A stretch of 64,000 bases of DNA from Myxococcales bacterium (GTDB lineage: Bacteria; Myxococcota_A; UBA9042). The stretch spans positions 1 through 64,000 of the forward strand of contig JBBISH010000008.1 in assembly GCA_037441385.1 (NCBI GenBank), written 5' to 3'. A model generated the notes under the pieces. It saw nothing but the letters and a program-made list of their open reading frames with translations. It was not told the origin of the DNA and ran no database searches. The translations under genes and the position numbers were made by a program. How positions within the stretch are numbered: position 1 is the stretch's first letter; each line of letters opens with the position of its first letter. This document shows, in pieces, positions 39,925 through 49,666 of this stretch.

Positions 39925-40165
39925 GGGCTTGAACCTCGGCAACTACGGCGCGCCGCCGGCCCTTGGGCTGGCCAACCGGCGGCCTGGGAGCCCGGCAGTG
40001 GGCAACACGACAAAGCCGCCCGACCAACTCGGTGGACGGCGTCATCGCTCACACCGTAGCAGATGATGCGAAATCCGCAATCGCGCGAGACCCGGTCGCA
40101 CGTGCCCGTCCCATCCGTGGGCAGCGCAACCGGGGACCGTCGAAGTGGCGAATGGTCAAGAAGTT

Positions 40166-41329
40166 CTAAATGTACCAGACTTTCAGCGACTCGCTGGGGT
40201 ACCAGTTGGGCGCGTCAGACAGGTGGGTGCCATCGAACACGTCGACGTGGCCGGTGCCCGAGAAACCGAAGATCTTGTCGAAGGCCACGATGCCGCGCTT
40301 GCCGGCGACCACGGGCTCGATGTCGCGGTCAAAGGTGGTCTGGAACTCGTCTGACGTCTTGAAGCGCTTGCCATTGGGCCACTGCTGGTGCGGCTGGCCG
40401 GCATACTTGGTCAGGTAGGTCCACATTTCCTTGGCGGACAGAATGTAGAACCAGCCCGTCTTCTTGCTGTAGGGGATGCGGCCCGGATCCAGGCCGGCCG
40501 CCTTGGCCTTTTCCTTGGTGATCTTCAGATCGCCGCCCAGCGTGTTGAGCATGATCGACAGACGGATCGCGCAGGTGTTGCTGTACGCGTCCGGGCTCCA
40601 GCCTTGCTGAACCAGCAGGTCGGCGCTGGACTTGTTCTTGCCGGCATCCTCTTGGTAGTTGTGCGGGTGGGCGTCCCACACCTTTTGGAAGTCGTCCGGC
40701 AAGCCGCCGTTCTTGCTGCCAGCCGGACCTTCGCGCGACGAATTGCCACCTTGGGCCTGTGCTTGCGTCTGACCTTCGGGGGGCGTGGTCGAGCTGGGCG
40801 CGCGACGCTGGCCAGCCGGCCGATCCACCGCGCCTTGAGTCGCCGTCGTCGGCGCCGAGGTGACCGCCGGCTCTTGGTCCATGGCCGCCAGCGTCAAATG
40901 ACCAAAGACGCCGGTTGCCGGCACGCCGTGGGTCGCTTGCCAGGCCTTGAGCGCCTTAGTGGTGCGCGGCCCCCACTGGCCATCGGCGCCCGCGGGACCA
41001 ACGTCCAACCCCTGGGCCATCAAGAACTGTTGAATGGCGCGGATCGCCGGACCCTGAGCGCCTGGGTTCAAGTACACCTGACCCGTGGCCACGGTTTCGA
41101 GCACGTGGTCGCCGCTGAACAGCGGCTGGCGCAGCGCACCGCCCCCCGGCGCACCCGGCCGCTGCGGCTGCTGCCCGCCCGCCCCTTGCGCTTGGGTTGT
41201 CGCTTGGCTGCCGCCACCGCCGGCGTCTTGCGGCCGCTGGCGCACCCCGCTGGCAACGTTGGCTTGCTGCACGCGCTGGCCAGCAACTGGCGTAGGCGAA
41301 CTCGACTGGGGTGGGGTGTGAGCCGGCAT
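40166..41329 (-). CDS. Peptidoglycan-binding domain + Tae4-family amidase/endopeptidase
   Basis: PG_binding_1 (AIQQFL..ADGQWGPRT..WQ..G..ATGVFG..T); NTCAIRLS and GIVAF..GHVDVFDG Cys-His pair; GGAG RBS. Confidence 0.8.
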   Translation of the reverse strand: MPAHTPPQSSSPTPVAGQRVQQANVASGVRQRPQDAGGGGSQATTQAQGAGGQQPQRPGAPGGGALRQPLFSGDHVLETVATGQVYLNPGAQGPAIRAIQQFLMAQGLDVGPAGADGQWGPRTTKALKAWQATHGVPATGVFGHLTLAAMDQEPAVTSAPTTATQGAVDRPAGQRRAPSSTTPPEGQTQAQAQGGNSSREGPAGSKNGGLPDDFQKVWDAHPHNYQEDAGKNKSSADLLVQQGWSPDAYSNTCAIRLSIMLNTLGGDLKITKEKAKAAGLDPGRIPYSKKTGWFYILSAKEMWTYLTKYAGQPHQQWPNGKRFKTSDEFQTTFDRDIEPVVAGKRGIVAFDKIFGFSGTGHVDVFDGTHLSDAPNWYPSESLKVWYI

Positions 41330-41457
41330 GGGATTCTCCGCAGCGTGCGCCGCCGCTGGGCCCAAAGTATGCCACGGTTCGCACAATGTCGCGCTTCGCC
41401 GTCAAGAGTCCTGGGATTGACCGGGGTGCCGCCGCCCCAGGGCGCGATCGACCGTGC

Positions 41458-42525
41458 TCAGGCGCCGGCGCTGAGGCCCGCCAGCCGCTCGTACAGTTCC
41501 TTTTGCTCTTTGCTAAGTTGGCGTGGAATGACCAGCTTGACGTGGGCGATCTGATCGCCGCGACCGCTCCCCGACAGGTGCGGGATGCCCTTGCCGCGCA
41601 GGCGCACGCGCTCGCCAGGCTGTACTCCCGCGGGCAGCTTGACCTTTTCGCCGGTGCCGTCGATGAGCGGGACCTCGACAAGGCCGCCCAGCACGGCGGT
41701 GGGCACGTCCACCTCGACTTCGCAATGCAAGTCGTCGTCTTGGCGTTGGAAAACCTCGTGCCCGGCCACCTGCAGCACCACGTAGAGGTCGCCCGCGGGC
41801 TGGCCCGCTGCGCCGCGCTCACCTTCGCCCCCCACGCGCAGCCGCGTGCCGGTGTCGACGCCGGGCGGGACCTTGACCCCCACCTTGCGCTCGACCCGCG
41901 TGCTGCCCGAGCCGCCACAGGCGGTGCAGCGGTTGGCCGGCTTGATGGTGGTGCCCTGACCGCCGCAGCTCGGGCACGAAACCGCAAACATGAAGGGACC
42001 TTGGCGTGTGCTGACCTGACCGCGGCCGTGGCACTTGCTGCACTGTTCGGGCGCGGTGCCCGACTTGGCTCCCGAGCCGTGACAGGTCTCGCACGGCTCG
42101 ACGCGCGGGATGGTGAGTTCTTTGCGCACGCCACTGAAGGCCTCTTCCAAAGAGATGCCCAGGTCGTAGCGCAAATCGGCGCCCCGGCTGGCTCGCTGCC
42201 GACCACCGCGGCCACCGCCACCAAAGATATCGCCAAAGATGTCGCCAAAGTGCGAGAACAGGTCGTCCATGTTGCCGTACTGGCCGCCGCCCGCCGCGCC
42301 CTGCACGCCCTGGTGCCCGTAGCGGTCGTAGCGCGCGCGCTTGTCGGCATCCGAAAGGACGTCGTAGGCCTCGGCCGCCTCCTTGAACGACTCTTCCGCC
42401 GCCTTGTCGCCGGGGTTGCGGTCAGGGTGAAACTTCATGGCCGCGGCACGGAAGGCCTTCTTGATGTCGGCGTCGCCAGCGTCGCGGGCTACGCCCAGCA
42501 CTTCGTAATAGTCGCGTTTCGACAT
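41458..42525 (-). CDS. dnaJ: Chaperone DnaJ
   Basis: KRDYYEVLG, HPD, G/F region, four CxxCxGxG repeats. Confidence 0.97.
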   Translation of the reverse strand: MSKRDYYEVLGVARDAGDADIKKAFRAAAMKFHPDRNPGDKAAEESFKEAAEAYDVLSDADKRARYDRYGHQGVQGAAGGGQYGNMDDLFSHFGDIFGDIFGGGGRGGRQRASRGADLRYDLGISLEEAFSGVRKELTIPRVEPCETCHGSGAKSGTAPEQCSKCHGRGQVSTRQGPFMFAVSCPSCGGQGTTIKPANRCTACGGSGSTRVERKVGVKVPPGVDTGTRLRVGGEGERGAAGQPAGDLYVVLQVAGHEVFQRQDDDLHCEVEVDVPTAVLGGLVEVPLIDGTGEKVKLPAGVQPGERVRLRGKGIPHLSGSGRGDQIAHVKLVIPRQLSKEQKELYERLAGLSAGA

Positions 42526-42742
42526 GGATCTCCGGAGCGAGGGGACGGGCACGAAGCGCTGCGAACATAGGACTAGAACTACGCTCGCCACGCAGGCGGC
42601 AAGCAAGGTCGCACAACCCGTCTGTCAAGTCCCAGAGCGCCGGGGCGCCGGTTGGGCAGACCGGCGACCCTGGTTCGACCCAGGCCGATTTGGTGCTATC
42701 TTGCGCCGCGGATCCGGGGGGTCACCTGGGCTAGGGCAACGC

Positions 42743-43294
42743 GTGCAGCAAGAAAATCCAGAGAATGGGGGCCTGGTTGCGCCAGGCGAGCCGCCCACGC
42801 TGGCGCAGATTCGGGCCTGGGTGGACCAGCTTGGCGCTCACCACGTGCAGAGCCTGGGGCCGCTGGCGGCGCCGACGGCCGTGATCGCGTGGTACCGCAC
42901 CCACCTGCAATCGGCCGAACTCCGCGAGGCGCACGGGCTGGTCTGGCTGAACTTGCACAGCACGTTTTGTGTGGCGCCCCAGCGCCCGGCGGCCGTGCTG
43001 CCTTTGCTCGCCCACGCCAACCTGCAGATCGAGACCGGGCGTTGGTTTCGCAAGCAGCACCCGTTACGGCTGGCCTGCAGCTACGATGTGCCGGCGGCGG
43101 GCCTGGACCAGGCCGGATTTGCGCGCCTGTGGCAGCGATTCCACGACGACGCACTCAGTCATGGTATTGAAATCACTTTAAAAACTCGCTCTGAGTCCTG
43201 GGTCCGTTGGTTGGCCGAGCGGGGGCGGGCCCCCAAAGGGCTGCTCCCGCGGCGGCGGCGCAAGCCGAACCGGCCCACTCCGGAGGCGCCGTGA
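42743..43294 (+). CDS. Hypothetical protein, possible YbjN/T3SS-chaperone fold
   Basis: LLAHANLQIETGRWF pattern; GTGA coupling to the next gene; start uncertain. Confidence 0.5.
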   Translation: MQQENPENGGLVAPGEPPTLAQIRAWVDQLGAHHVQSLGPLAAPTAVIAWYRTHLQSAELREAHGLVWLNLHSTFCVAPQRPAAVLPLLAHANLQIETGRWFRKQHPLRLACSYDVPAAGLDQAGFARLWQRFHDDALSHGIEITLKTRSESWVRWLAERGRAPKGLLPRRRRKPNRPTPEAP

Positions 43295-43956
43295 TCGACG
43301 AGCTGAATTACGATCCGCCTTGGGGCGGTGACTGGCCGGCCGACGGACTGGCGATCGAGGTGCCCAGCCCGGCGCCGTCAGCGGCTTGGGTGGTTCTTCG
43401 CCAGCAATTGCAGGAAATTGGCTTTGAGGCCGAGCCCAACATCCATCCGGAGGCCGGGCTGGTCGGCTATAGTTTGCGCGTCCGCAACGCCAGCGTCGGA
43501 GTGGGCGTGGTGCAGCGCGGCGAGGGCCTGCAACTGGCTGTCACCGCGGTGCTTTGTCGCGGCATGGACCAGCAGCGGCTGGCTCTGGCGGCCATCGACC
43601 GCGCCAATCGCGACCTGCGGCTGGGGCAGATGCTGTTCTATCCGGGGCCGCCGCCCGAGCTCGCCTTCTATTTGTCCTTGCCATGGGAGCACTTGCGGGC
43701 TGGCTTGCTGGCGCCCACGCTCACGGCGGTACTCCGCGAGATCGAGCAGGTCGGCTTCCCGGCGGTTGCGCTGGTGCAGGGCTACCATCCCGGTGATCTC
43801 GAACAGCTTTTTCGGCAGTTGGAGGAGCTGGCTGCCGCGCAGCCCGGCCAGGCCACGGCTGAGGCCAACGCACCGACCGCGGCCGAGGCGCCGCCGCCAC
43901 CGCCAGCCGCTTCGGTGCGTAAGCGCAAGAAAATCAAGAACTCAGAGTCGAACTGA
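43291..43956 (+). CDS. Hypothetical protein, possible YbjN/T3SS-chaperone fold
   Basis: AIDRANRDLRLGQMLF pattern; Pro/Ala and basic tail. Confidence 0.55.
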   Translation: MIDELNYDPPWGGDWPADGLAIEVPSPAPSAAWVVLRQQLQEIGFEAEPNIHPEAGLVGYSLRVRNASVGVGVVQRGEGLQLAVTAVLCRGMDQQRLALAAIDRANRDLRLGQMLFYPGPPPELAFYLSLPWEHLRAGLLAPTLTAVLREIEQVGFPAVALVQGYHPGDLEQLFRQLEELAAAQPGQATAEANAPTAAEAPPPPPAASVRKRKKIKNSESN

Positions 43957-43983
43957 CCACAGCACGAGCGCGGGCAATTGGCG

Positions 43984-44012
43984 TTGACCACCCCCATCGG
44001 CGTCCCTACACT
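43984..44012 (+). promoter_or_regulatory. Sigma70-type promoter
   Basis: TTGACC-17 bp-TACACT upstream of the 44100 ORF. Confidence 0.55.
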
Positions 44013-44099
44013 GAAGGGCTAGGGCAGGGGCCTGCCGGCGCGGTTGCCGTTTGCCCCCACGCCGCTGCCCCCACCTCTGCACTGCCGCCTGGAGGACGA

Positions 44100-45950
44100 T
44101 TGCCGCATTCGCGCGAGTCCAAGCCCGCCGCCGCACCCCAACCTGTGGGTGCCGCGGGCAATGGCCACGAATTGCCAACCGTCTCGGCTGGTTCGCTGCT
44201 GGGTAGCTGGCTGCCCGCCATCTTGATCGCCACCTGCCTCGGCGCGGTCTTGGCCGTGGGTTGGGCGCAATTGGGGCCGGGTCCCGCCGACCTTGCACAC
44301 CGCGACTTGGACCTGCAGACCATCGACCGGCGCGCTCGCGCCCTTGTGGGCGAGCCGGCGCAGGTGCAGACGACCTTGGCCGCGCCGACCCCTGCCGAAG
44401 CGTGGTTGGCGCAAAGCTCTTTCGAGCTGCCCGAGTTGCAGCGACTGGATGCCCAAGGCGACCTGCAAGCGCGCGGCGATGCCAGCACCGACTACGGGGT
44501 TTGGCCGCCGGCTGGCGAAAGCAACGAGCGCGATGGCGAGAGCGCGTTCCCCGCGGGTACCGGCCAGCCCGCGCCGTTCGAGAGTGAGGCCGGGCGGCCG
44601 CGAGCGCCGCTCAAGCGCTACGACGGCGATTCCGTCGTGTTGTGGACCGATACCAAGTCCGAGTACGCCACCGAGCTGCTTGTGCGCCTGGACCATTTCT
44701 TGAGCCAAGCCCACGCCGAAATGGCGCGGGTTCTGCAGGTAGAAAGCAAGCCAAAGCCCGTCCAAATCTATGTATTTGAGAGCCAAGAGCGCTACCAAGA
44801 CTACGCACGCGAGCACGCCCCGGGGCTGGTAAACAACGGCGGTTTCTACGACGGCGGCCTGCGCACCGTGGTGACCTATCGCTACAACAACTCGATGCAA
44901 CTGTATTTCCACGAGTTGGTCCACGCGATGATGGGCGAGCTGTTCCAGGACCACCATTTTACCCGCTACACCAAGCGCAACTGGCCGATTTGGTTCGACG
45001 AAGGCATCAGCGAGTACCTGGGCTCGTTCGAGCTGCTGGGCGGGCAGGTGCACATTCCGGCGCTGAACAAGGGCAAGCTCGCCTACCTAGCCAACGCGAT
45101 GAACAACCGCGTTTTCATCGACATCCCGGCCCTGCTGCGGGCACCGGCCGAGCGGTTCTCGGGCTCGTCGATGAACATCTACTACGCCGAATCGTGGGGG
45201 CTGCTGCAGTTCTTGCTGGCGTCGCCGACCACGCGGCCCAAGGTGGCGCAGTTCTTCCGGCAAATTCGCAATGGCGAAGATGGCTTGCAGGCCTTCAAGG
45301 CGTGTTTTGGCGACGACACTGCCGGCTTGTCCGAGGCCTGGAAATCGCACATTTACAACCTGACGCGCACCGAGCCGGGCGCACAGGCGCTGTTTTCGGG
45401 CGACACCATCGACGATTGGACCATCCACGAAGGTGGCCATTGGCGCGCGGGCGGCGGCGAGATCAGCGGCCAAGGCGATCGCAACTACAACTACCTGATC
45501 AAAAGCGAGCTGCCGGTCACCGATTTTGCCTACGAGCTGGACGTCAAGCTGCAGCGCGGCACCGCCGGCTTGATCCTGGGCAACAATTTCCACGGCGAAT
45601 ACCCGTACTACTATCTGATCGAAGTCGCTCGCGACGTGGTGATGGTGCGGCGGGCGTGGTCGGCCAGCCAGATCGAGCCCGTCATCCAGGCCTACGCCGA
45701 TGTGCCGCAGGGCGAGTGGGTGCATGTGCGGGTGGCGGTGAGCGATCGCGTGCTGCGGTTGACCGTGGGCGGGCGGCAGGTGCTGCAGACGCGCGTCGAT
45801 CGCGACCGTTATTCGCTGTTTGGCCTGTACCTGTACCGGGCCAAGGTGCAGTTCCGCAACATCGTGCTGCTGCGCGACGGGCCGCGCCAGTTCACGGCCA
45901 CGCCCGCGACCCCGGCTGGAGGGCCGGCCGAGGCCAAGCCCGGACCGTGA
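44100..45950 (+). CDS. Membrane-anchored DUF1570/peptidase-MA-like zinc metallopeptidase with C-terminal DUF1080-like beta-sandwich
   Basis: FHELVH + WFDEGISEY + YAESWGL; C-terminal LFSG..DW..W..GEI..DFAYELDVK pattern; start uncertain. Confidence 0.75.
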   Translation: MPHSRESKPAAAPQPVGAAGNGHELPTVSAGSLLGSWLPAILIATCLGAVLAVGWAQLGPGPADLAHRDLDLQTIDRRARALVGEPAQVQTTLAAPTPAEAWLAQSSFELPELQRLDAQGDLQARGDASTDYGVWPPAGESNERDGESAFPAGTGQPAPFESEAGRPRAPLKRYDGDSVVLWTDTKSEYATELLVRLDHFLSQAHAEMARVLQVESKPKPVQIYVFESQERYQDYAREHAPGLVNNGGFYDGGLRTVVTYRYNNSMQLYFHELVHAMMGELFQDHHFTRYTKRNWPIWFDEGISEYLGSFELLGGQVHIPALNKGKLAYLANAMNNRVFIDIPALLRAPAERFSGSSMNIYYAESWGLLQFLLASPTTRPKVAQFFRQIRNGEDGLQAFKACFGDDTAGLSEAWKSHIYNLTRTEPGAQALFSGDTIDDWTIHEGGHWRAGGGEISGQGDRNYNYLIKSELPVTDFAYELDVKLQRGTAGLILGNNFHGEYPYYYLIEVARDVVMVRRAWSASQIEPVIQAYADVPQGEWVHVRVAVSDRVLRLTVGGRQVLQTRVDRDRYSLFGLYLYRAKVQFRNIVLLRDGPRQFTATPATPAGGPAEAKPGP

Positions 45951-46073
45951 CGCCGGCGACCGCAGCGCGCGACCAGCGATCCGGGATGGGAGCGTAGCTG
46001 CGGGCATTTGTCGGCAGGGCCGGTCTAGTTCACAATCGTCGCGGGGCCGTCGCAGGGGCGACGGGAGGCAAGC

Positions 46074-46967
46074 ATGGCGCAGCAACCGCACGACGAAGCG
46101 ACCCGCCTGCATCCGGGGTCGGGATTCCCAGGCCAGGCGCATGACGCCGGCCTGGCCAGCGACGAGCTGCCGCCCGAGCTGGAGGCTCCACCGTTCCAGG
46201 CCCAGCGCCCCAGCACCCACACTCAGTTTTCCGTGGCCTCGATGGACGACGTGCCGCCTTTGCCGCCCGGTCCGCGCCGGACCATGGTGCCGGCCCCCGA
46301 GCGGCAGCGTCCGACCCTTTTGCCCCAGGGCTACGAACAGCCGCCCAAGCTGCCGGGTGCCAGCCGCCAGGCCGACCCAGGCCTAGTGCGCCCCGTGCGG
46401 CCGACCAGCGGCGGCGTGGAGCCCAACCGCGAAGGCTCCGACGTCATCCAAGTCTACGATACCGGCCAGGCCGGCGAGCCCAAACGCGCCACCATCCACA
46501 ACATGGCGCCGCCGCGCACCTCGGCGCCGGCCGCCGTACCTAGTCCCCCGCCAGCCCAACGCGCGCCAATTCGCAAGGTCGCTACCGTGCCGCCCGTCGC
46601 GGCGCAGCGCCCGTCGACCGTGTTGCCGCCGCCCAGCCCGCTGCCGCTGGACGCTGGCGCCATGGTGGGGCTGATGGCCGCCCATCGCGCCCAGATGGGC
46701 TCGCTGGATACCTACGCGCGCTATTTGGAGATTGCGGCCAGCGTCGTGGGTACTGCCGCGGCGGGCTTTCTGATCGCCAGCTTGGTGGCGCTGCTGGTCA
46801 GTTCGGGCAACACGCTGCTGGGCGCCGCCGCGGCCCTTGTCGCCGAGTTGGTCGGTCTGGCAGTGGCGCTGATGATGGTGGCCCTGGCGACGGCGCTGCG
46901 GCACGTGGCGTCGATGGCCTCGCAGTTGGCCGCTCTGCTGGAGGCCTTGTCGCAAACGCGCCGTTGA
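46074..46967 (+). CDS. Pro-rich protein with two C-terminal TM helices
   Basis: GGAGG RBS; disordered N-terminus, hydrophobic hairpin at the C-terminus. Confidence 0.7.
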   Translation: MAQQPHDEATRLHPGSGFPGQAHDAGLASDELPPELEAPPFQAQRPSTHTQFSVASMDDVPPLPPGPRRTMVPAPERQRPTLLPQGYEQPPKLPGASRQADPGLVRPVRPTSGGVEPNREGSDVIQVYDTGQAGEPKRATIHNMAPPRTSAPAAVPSPPPAQRAPIRKVATVPPVAAQRPSTVLPPPSPLPLDAGAMVGLMAAHRAQMGSLDTYARYLEIAASVVGTAAAGFLIASLVALLVSSGNTLLGAAAALVAELVGLAVALMMVALATALRHVASMASQLAALLEALSQTRR

Positions 46968-47247
46968 GGCTGCGCACCCGCCGAACGACTGTTGCGAACC
47001 TGTGGCAGCCAGCCGGCGACCGTTCCCGCCGCTTCGTTGACGCAAACTGGGCGCGAACCTATCCTTTTGCACCCGGAACGGCTGGCCACCGCGCCGCCGC
47101 TGCCCCGGAGGGACCGAAAGCTGCCTTCTTGCGGGCAACACCCGATTCAGCGCGCCCCAGTCGAGCGGCTTGCCAGGCACACGGCCGCAGCGGTTGCGCC
47201 GCGCCGCCGACCCCAGTCACCCGTTCGCCCTTGGAACCCGGAGTTCA

Positions 47248-48276
47248 ATGTCCGCACGTCGACCCCGCATCGCGATCAACGGCTTTGGCCGCATTGGGCG
47301 GGCCTTTGCCCGCATCGCCGCCCTAGACCCCGACTGCCCGTTTGACTTGGTGGCCGCCAACGATCTGACCGATCCCGGCGCGCTGGCCTATCTGATGCGC
47401 TACGACTCGGCCCATAGTCGTTTTGCCGGCGAACTGGCCTTGGACGGCGCCACGCTGAAAGCGGGCCAACAGACGATCCAATTGGTGGCCCAACCCGATC
47501 CCAGCAGGCTGCCTTGGGGCCAACTGGGCGTGGACGTGGTCATCGAGTCGACGGGCAAATTCCGCAAGCGCAGCGAGGCCCAAAAGCACCTGGCCGCGGG
47601 CGCCAAGAAAGTCCTCTTGTCGGCCCCGGGCGAAACGGGCGACGAGGCGCCCGACGTCACCGTGATTCGCGGCATCAATTGCGAGTTGCTGCGGCCCGAG
47701 CACACCCTTGTCTCTGCCGCGTCGTGCACGACCACCTGCCTGGCACCGATGGCCAAAGCGCTGCACCGCGCGGTTGGAATCCAGGCGGGGGTGATGTCGA
47801 CCGTGCACGCCTACACCGGCGACCAAGCGCTGGTCGACACCCCGCACAAGAAGGAATGGCGGCGGGGGCGCAGCGCGGCGGCGAACATCGTGCCCACCAC
47901 CACTGGCGCGGCCAAGGCGATTGGTCTGGTGGTACCCGAACTGCAAGGCTGTTTGCACGGGGTATCCGTGCGCGTGCCCGTGCAGGACGTGTCGCTGGTC
48001 GATCTGGTGTGCCAAGTGCGCCGCGACACCAGCGCCGACGAAGTCAACGCCATCATGCGCGCCGCCGCCGCGGCCTACCTGCCCGGCACGTTCCGCGTCG
48101 AGGACCAATTGGTCGTGTCCAGCGACTTGCTGGGCGATGAAGCGGGCTCGGTGTTCGATCCGTCGCTGACCCATGTCCAGAACGGCAAGCTGGTCAAGGT
48201 CGTCGCTTGGTACGACAACGAATGGGGTTACACCTCGCGGCTGTACGCCCTGGCCCGCCACTACGCGTCGCTGTAG
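47248..48276 (+). CDS. gap: Type I glyceraldehyde-3-phosphate dehydrogenase
   Basis: INGFGRIGR, ASCTTTCLAP, TTTGAAKA, WYDNEWGY. Confidence 0.97.
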   Translation: MSARRPRIAINGFGRIGRAFARIAALDPDCPFDLVAANDLTDPGALAYLMRYDSAHSRFAGELALDGATLKAGQQTIQLVAQPDPSRLPWGQLGVDVVIESTGKFRKRSEAQKHLAAGAKKVLLSAPGETGDEAPDVTVIRGINCELLRPEHTLVSAASCTTTCLAPMAKALHRAVGIQAGVMSTVHAYTGDQALVDTPHKKEWRRGRSAAANIVPTTTGAAKAIGLVVPELQGCLHGVSVRVPVQDVSLVDLVCQVRRDTSADEVNAIMRAAAAAYLPGTFRVEDQLVVSSDLLGDEAGSVFDPSLTHVQNGKLVKVVAWYDNEWGYTSRLYALARHYASL

Positions 48277-48288
48277 GCGGCGCCGACG

Positions 48289-48314
48289 GTCGAATTTCGG
48301 TCGACTTTTCTTTT
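48289..48314 (+). terminator. Short intercistronic hairpin + U tract between gap and pgk
   Basis: GTCGA-ATTTCGG-TCGAC-TTTTCTTTT. Confidence 0.4.
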
Positions 48315-48393
48315 GGGGCCTGCGGGCCCTGCTCGCGGTGCCCTTCCGAGTCCCGATCTGGTGTCGGTAGGGCCCCGCAACCCGCGAGGAGTC

Positions 48394-49638
48394 ATGGAAG
48401 CTGCAGCTCTGCTCAAGTCCTTGAATATCATGTCTGTTCGCGACCTGCACCTGCAGAACAAGCGCGTGCTGCTGCGCGCGGACTTCAACGTGCCGGTCGA
48501 CGACCAGGGCGGTATCGGCGACGATTCGCGGATCCGCGCCACCCTGCCGACCATCGAGCTCATCCGCAAGGCCGAGGCTCGCCTGATCCTGTGCTCGCAC
48601 CTGGGCCGGCCCAAGGGCAAGAAAAGCGCCAAATATTCGCTTGAGCCGGTAGGCCGCCGGCTGGCCGAGCTGCTGAGCTGCGAAGTCCTGATGCCCGACG
48701 ACTGCATCGGCGACGCCGCTATCCACCTGATCGCGAACCAGCGGCCGGGGCAGATCGTGTTGCTCGAAAACCTGCGCTACCACGACGGCGAAGAGGCCAA
48801 TAGCGAAGATTTTGCCCGCAAGCTTGCGGATTTGTGTGACGTGTACATCTGCGACGCCTTTGGCTGCGTGCACCGGGCCCACGCCTCGGTGTCGGCGCTG
48901 CCCAAACTGGTGCCGGTGCGCGGCGCTGGACTGCTGCTCGAGCGCGAGTTGGAGGTCTTGGGCAAGCTGATGTCGAGCCCCGAGGCACCCTACGTGGCGC
49001 TGCTCGGCGGTGCCAAAGTGTCGGACAAGATCGAGGTCATCGAGTCGCTGTTGCCGTTGGTGCAGGGGCTGGTGATCGGTGGCGCGATGGCCTACACGTT
49101 CTTGACGGCGCAGGGCTTCGACATGGGCAAGTCCTTGGTCGAGAAGGATCACCTGGGCTTGGCCAAGCACCTGCTCGGTCGCTGCGACGAAAAGGGTCTA
49201 CCCGTGTTGCTCCCGGTCGATCACGTCGTCGTCAAAGAGATCAAGCCGGACGCGCCGCGGACGATCAAGAAGAACGGTGAGCTGCAAGCCGATGACATCG
49301 CGGTGGATATCGGCCCCGAGACGACCCGCCTCTTTGAGCAATTGCTGGCCGGCACGCACCCGTCGCTGCCGCAGCCGCCGCGCACGGTGCTGTGGAACGG
49401 GCCGATGGGCATCTTTGAGATGGACGCCTTTGCGGCCGGCACCATGGCGGTGGCCCAAGCCGTGGCGCACTCGACCGCCTATAGCGTGGTGGGCGGCGGG
49501 GACTCGGTTGCGGCCGTGCAGAAAGCCGGTGTCACGCCCATGATTCGCCACATCTCGACGGGCGGTGGCGCCAGTCTGGAGTACCTGTCGGGTCAGCCGA
49601 TGCCGGGCGTGCAGGCGTTGCGCGGCGGTCGTCGTTAA
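48394..49638 (+). CDS. pgk: Phosphoglycerate kinase
   Basis: RADFNVP, SHLGRP, LENLR, GGAKVSDK, WNGPMG, STGGGASL; GAGGAG RBS. Confidence 0.98.
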   Translation: MEAAALLKSLNIMSVRDLHLQNKRVLLRADFNVPVDDQGGIGDDSRIRATLPTIELIRKAEARLILCSHLGRPKGKKSAKYSLEPVGRRLAELLSCEVLMPDDCIGDAAIHLIANQRPGQIVLLENLRYHDGEEANSEDFARKLADLCDVYICDAFGCVHRAHASVSALPKLVPVRGAGLLLERELEVLGKLMSSPEAPYVALLGGAKVSDKIEVIESLLPLVQGLVIGGAMAYTFLTAQGFDMGKSLVEKDHLGLAKHLLGRCDEKGLPVLLPVDHVVVKEIKPDAPRTIKKNGELQADDIAVDIGPETTRLFEQLLAGTHPSLPQPPRTVLWNGPMGIFEMDAFAAGTMAVAQAVAHSTAYSVVGGGDSVAAVQKAGVTPMIRHISTGGGASLEYLSGQPMPGVQALRGGRR

Positions 49639-49666
49639 TTTCTTGCTGTTTCCATAAGGAGTTGCC

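Noticed and set aside
39925..40165. Possible Tai4-type immunity gene downstream of the amidase
   Set aside because: No minus-strand ORF with a signal peptide of adequate length is visible
46968..47247. 280-bp spacer before gap: possible riboswitch (GACGCAAA) or decayed DUF559 nuclease fragment (PAERLL)
   Set aside because: The remaining c-di-GMP-I consensus is missing and the protein resemblance is limited to a few residues; not supportable without a search
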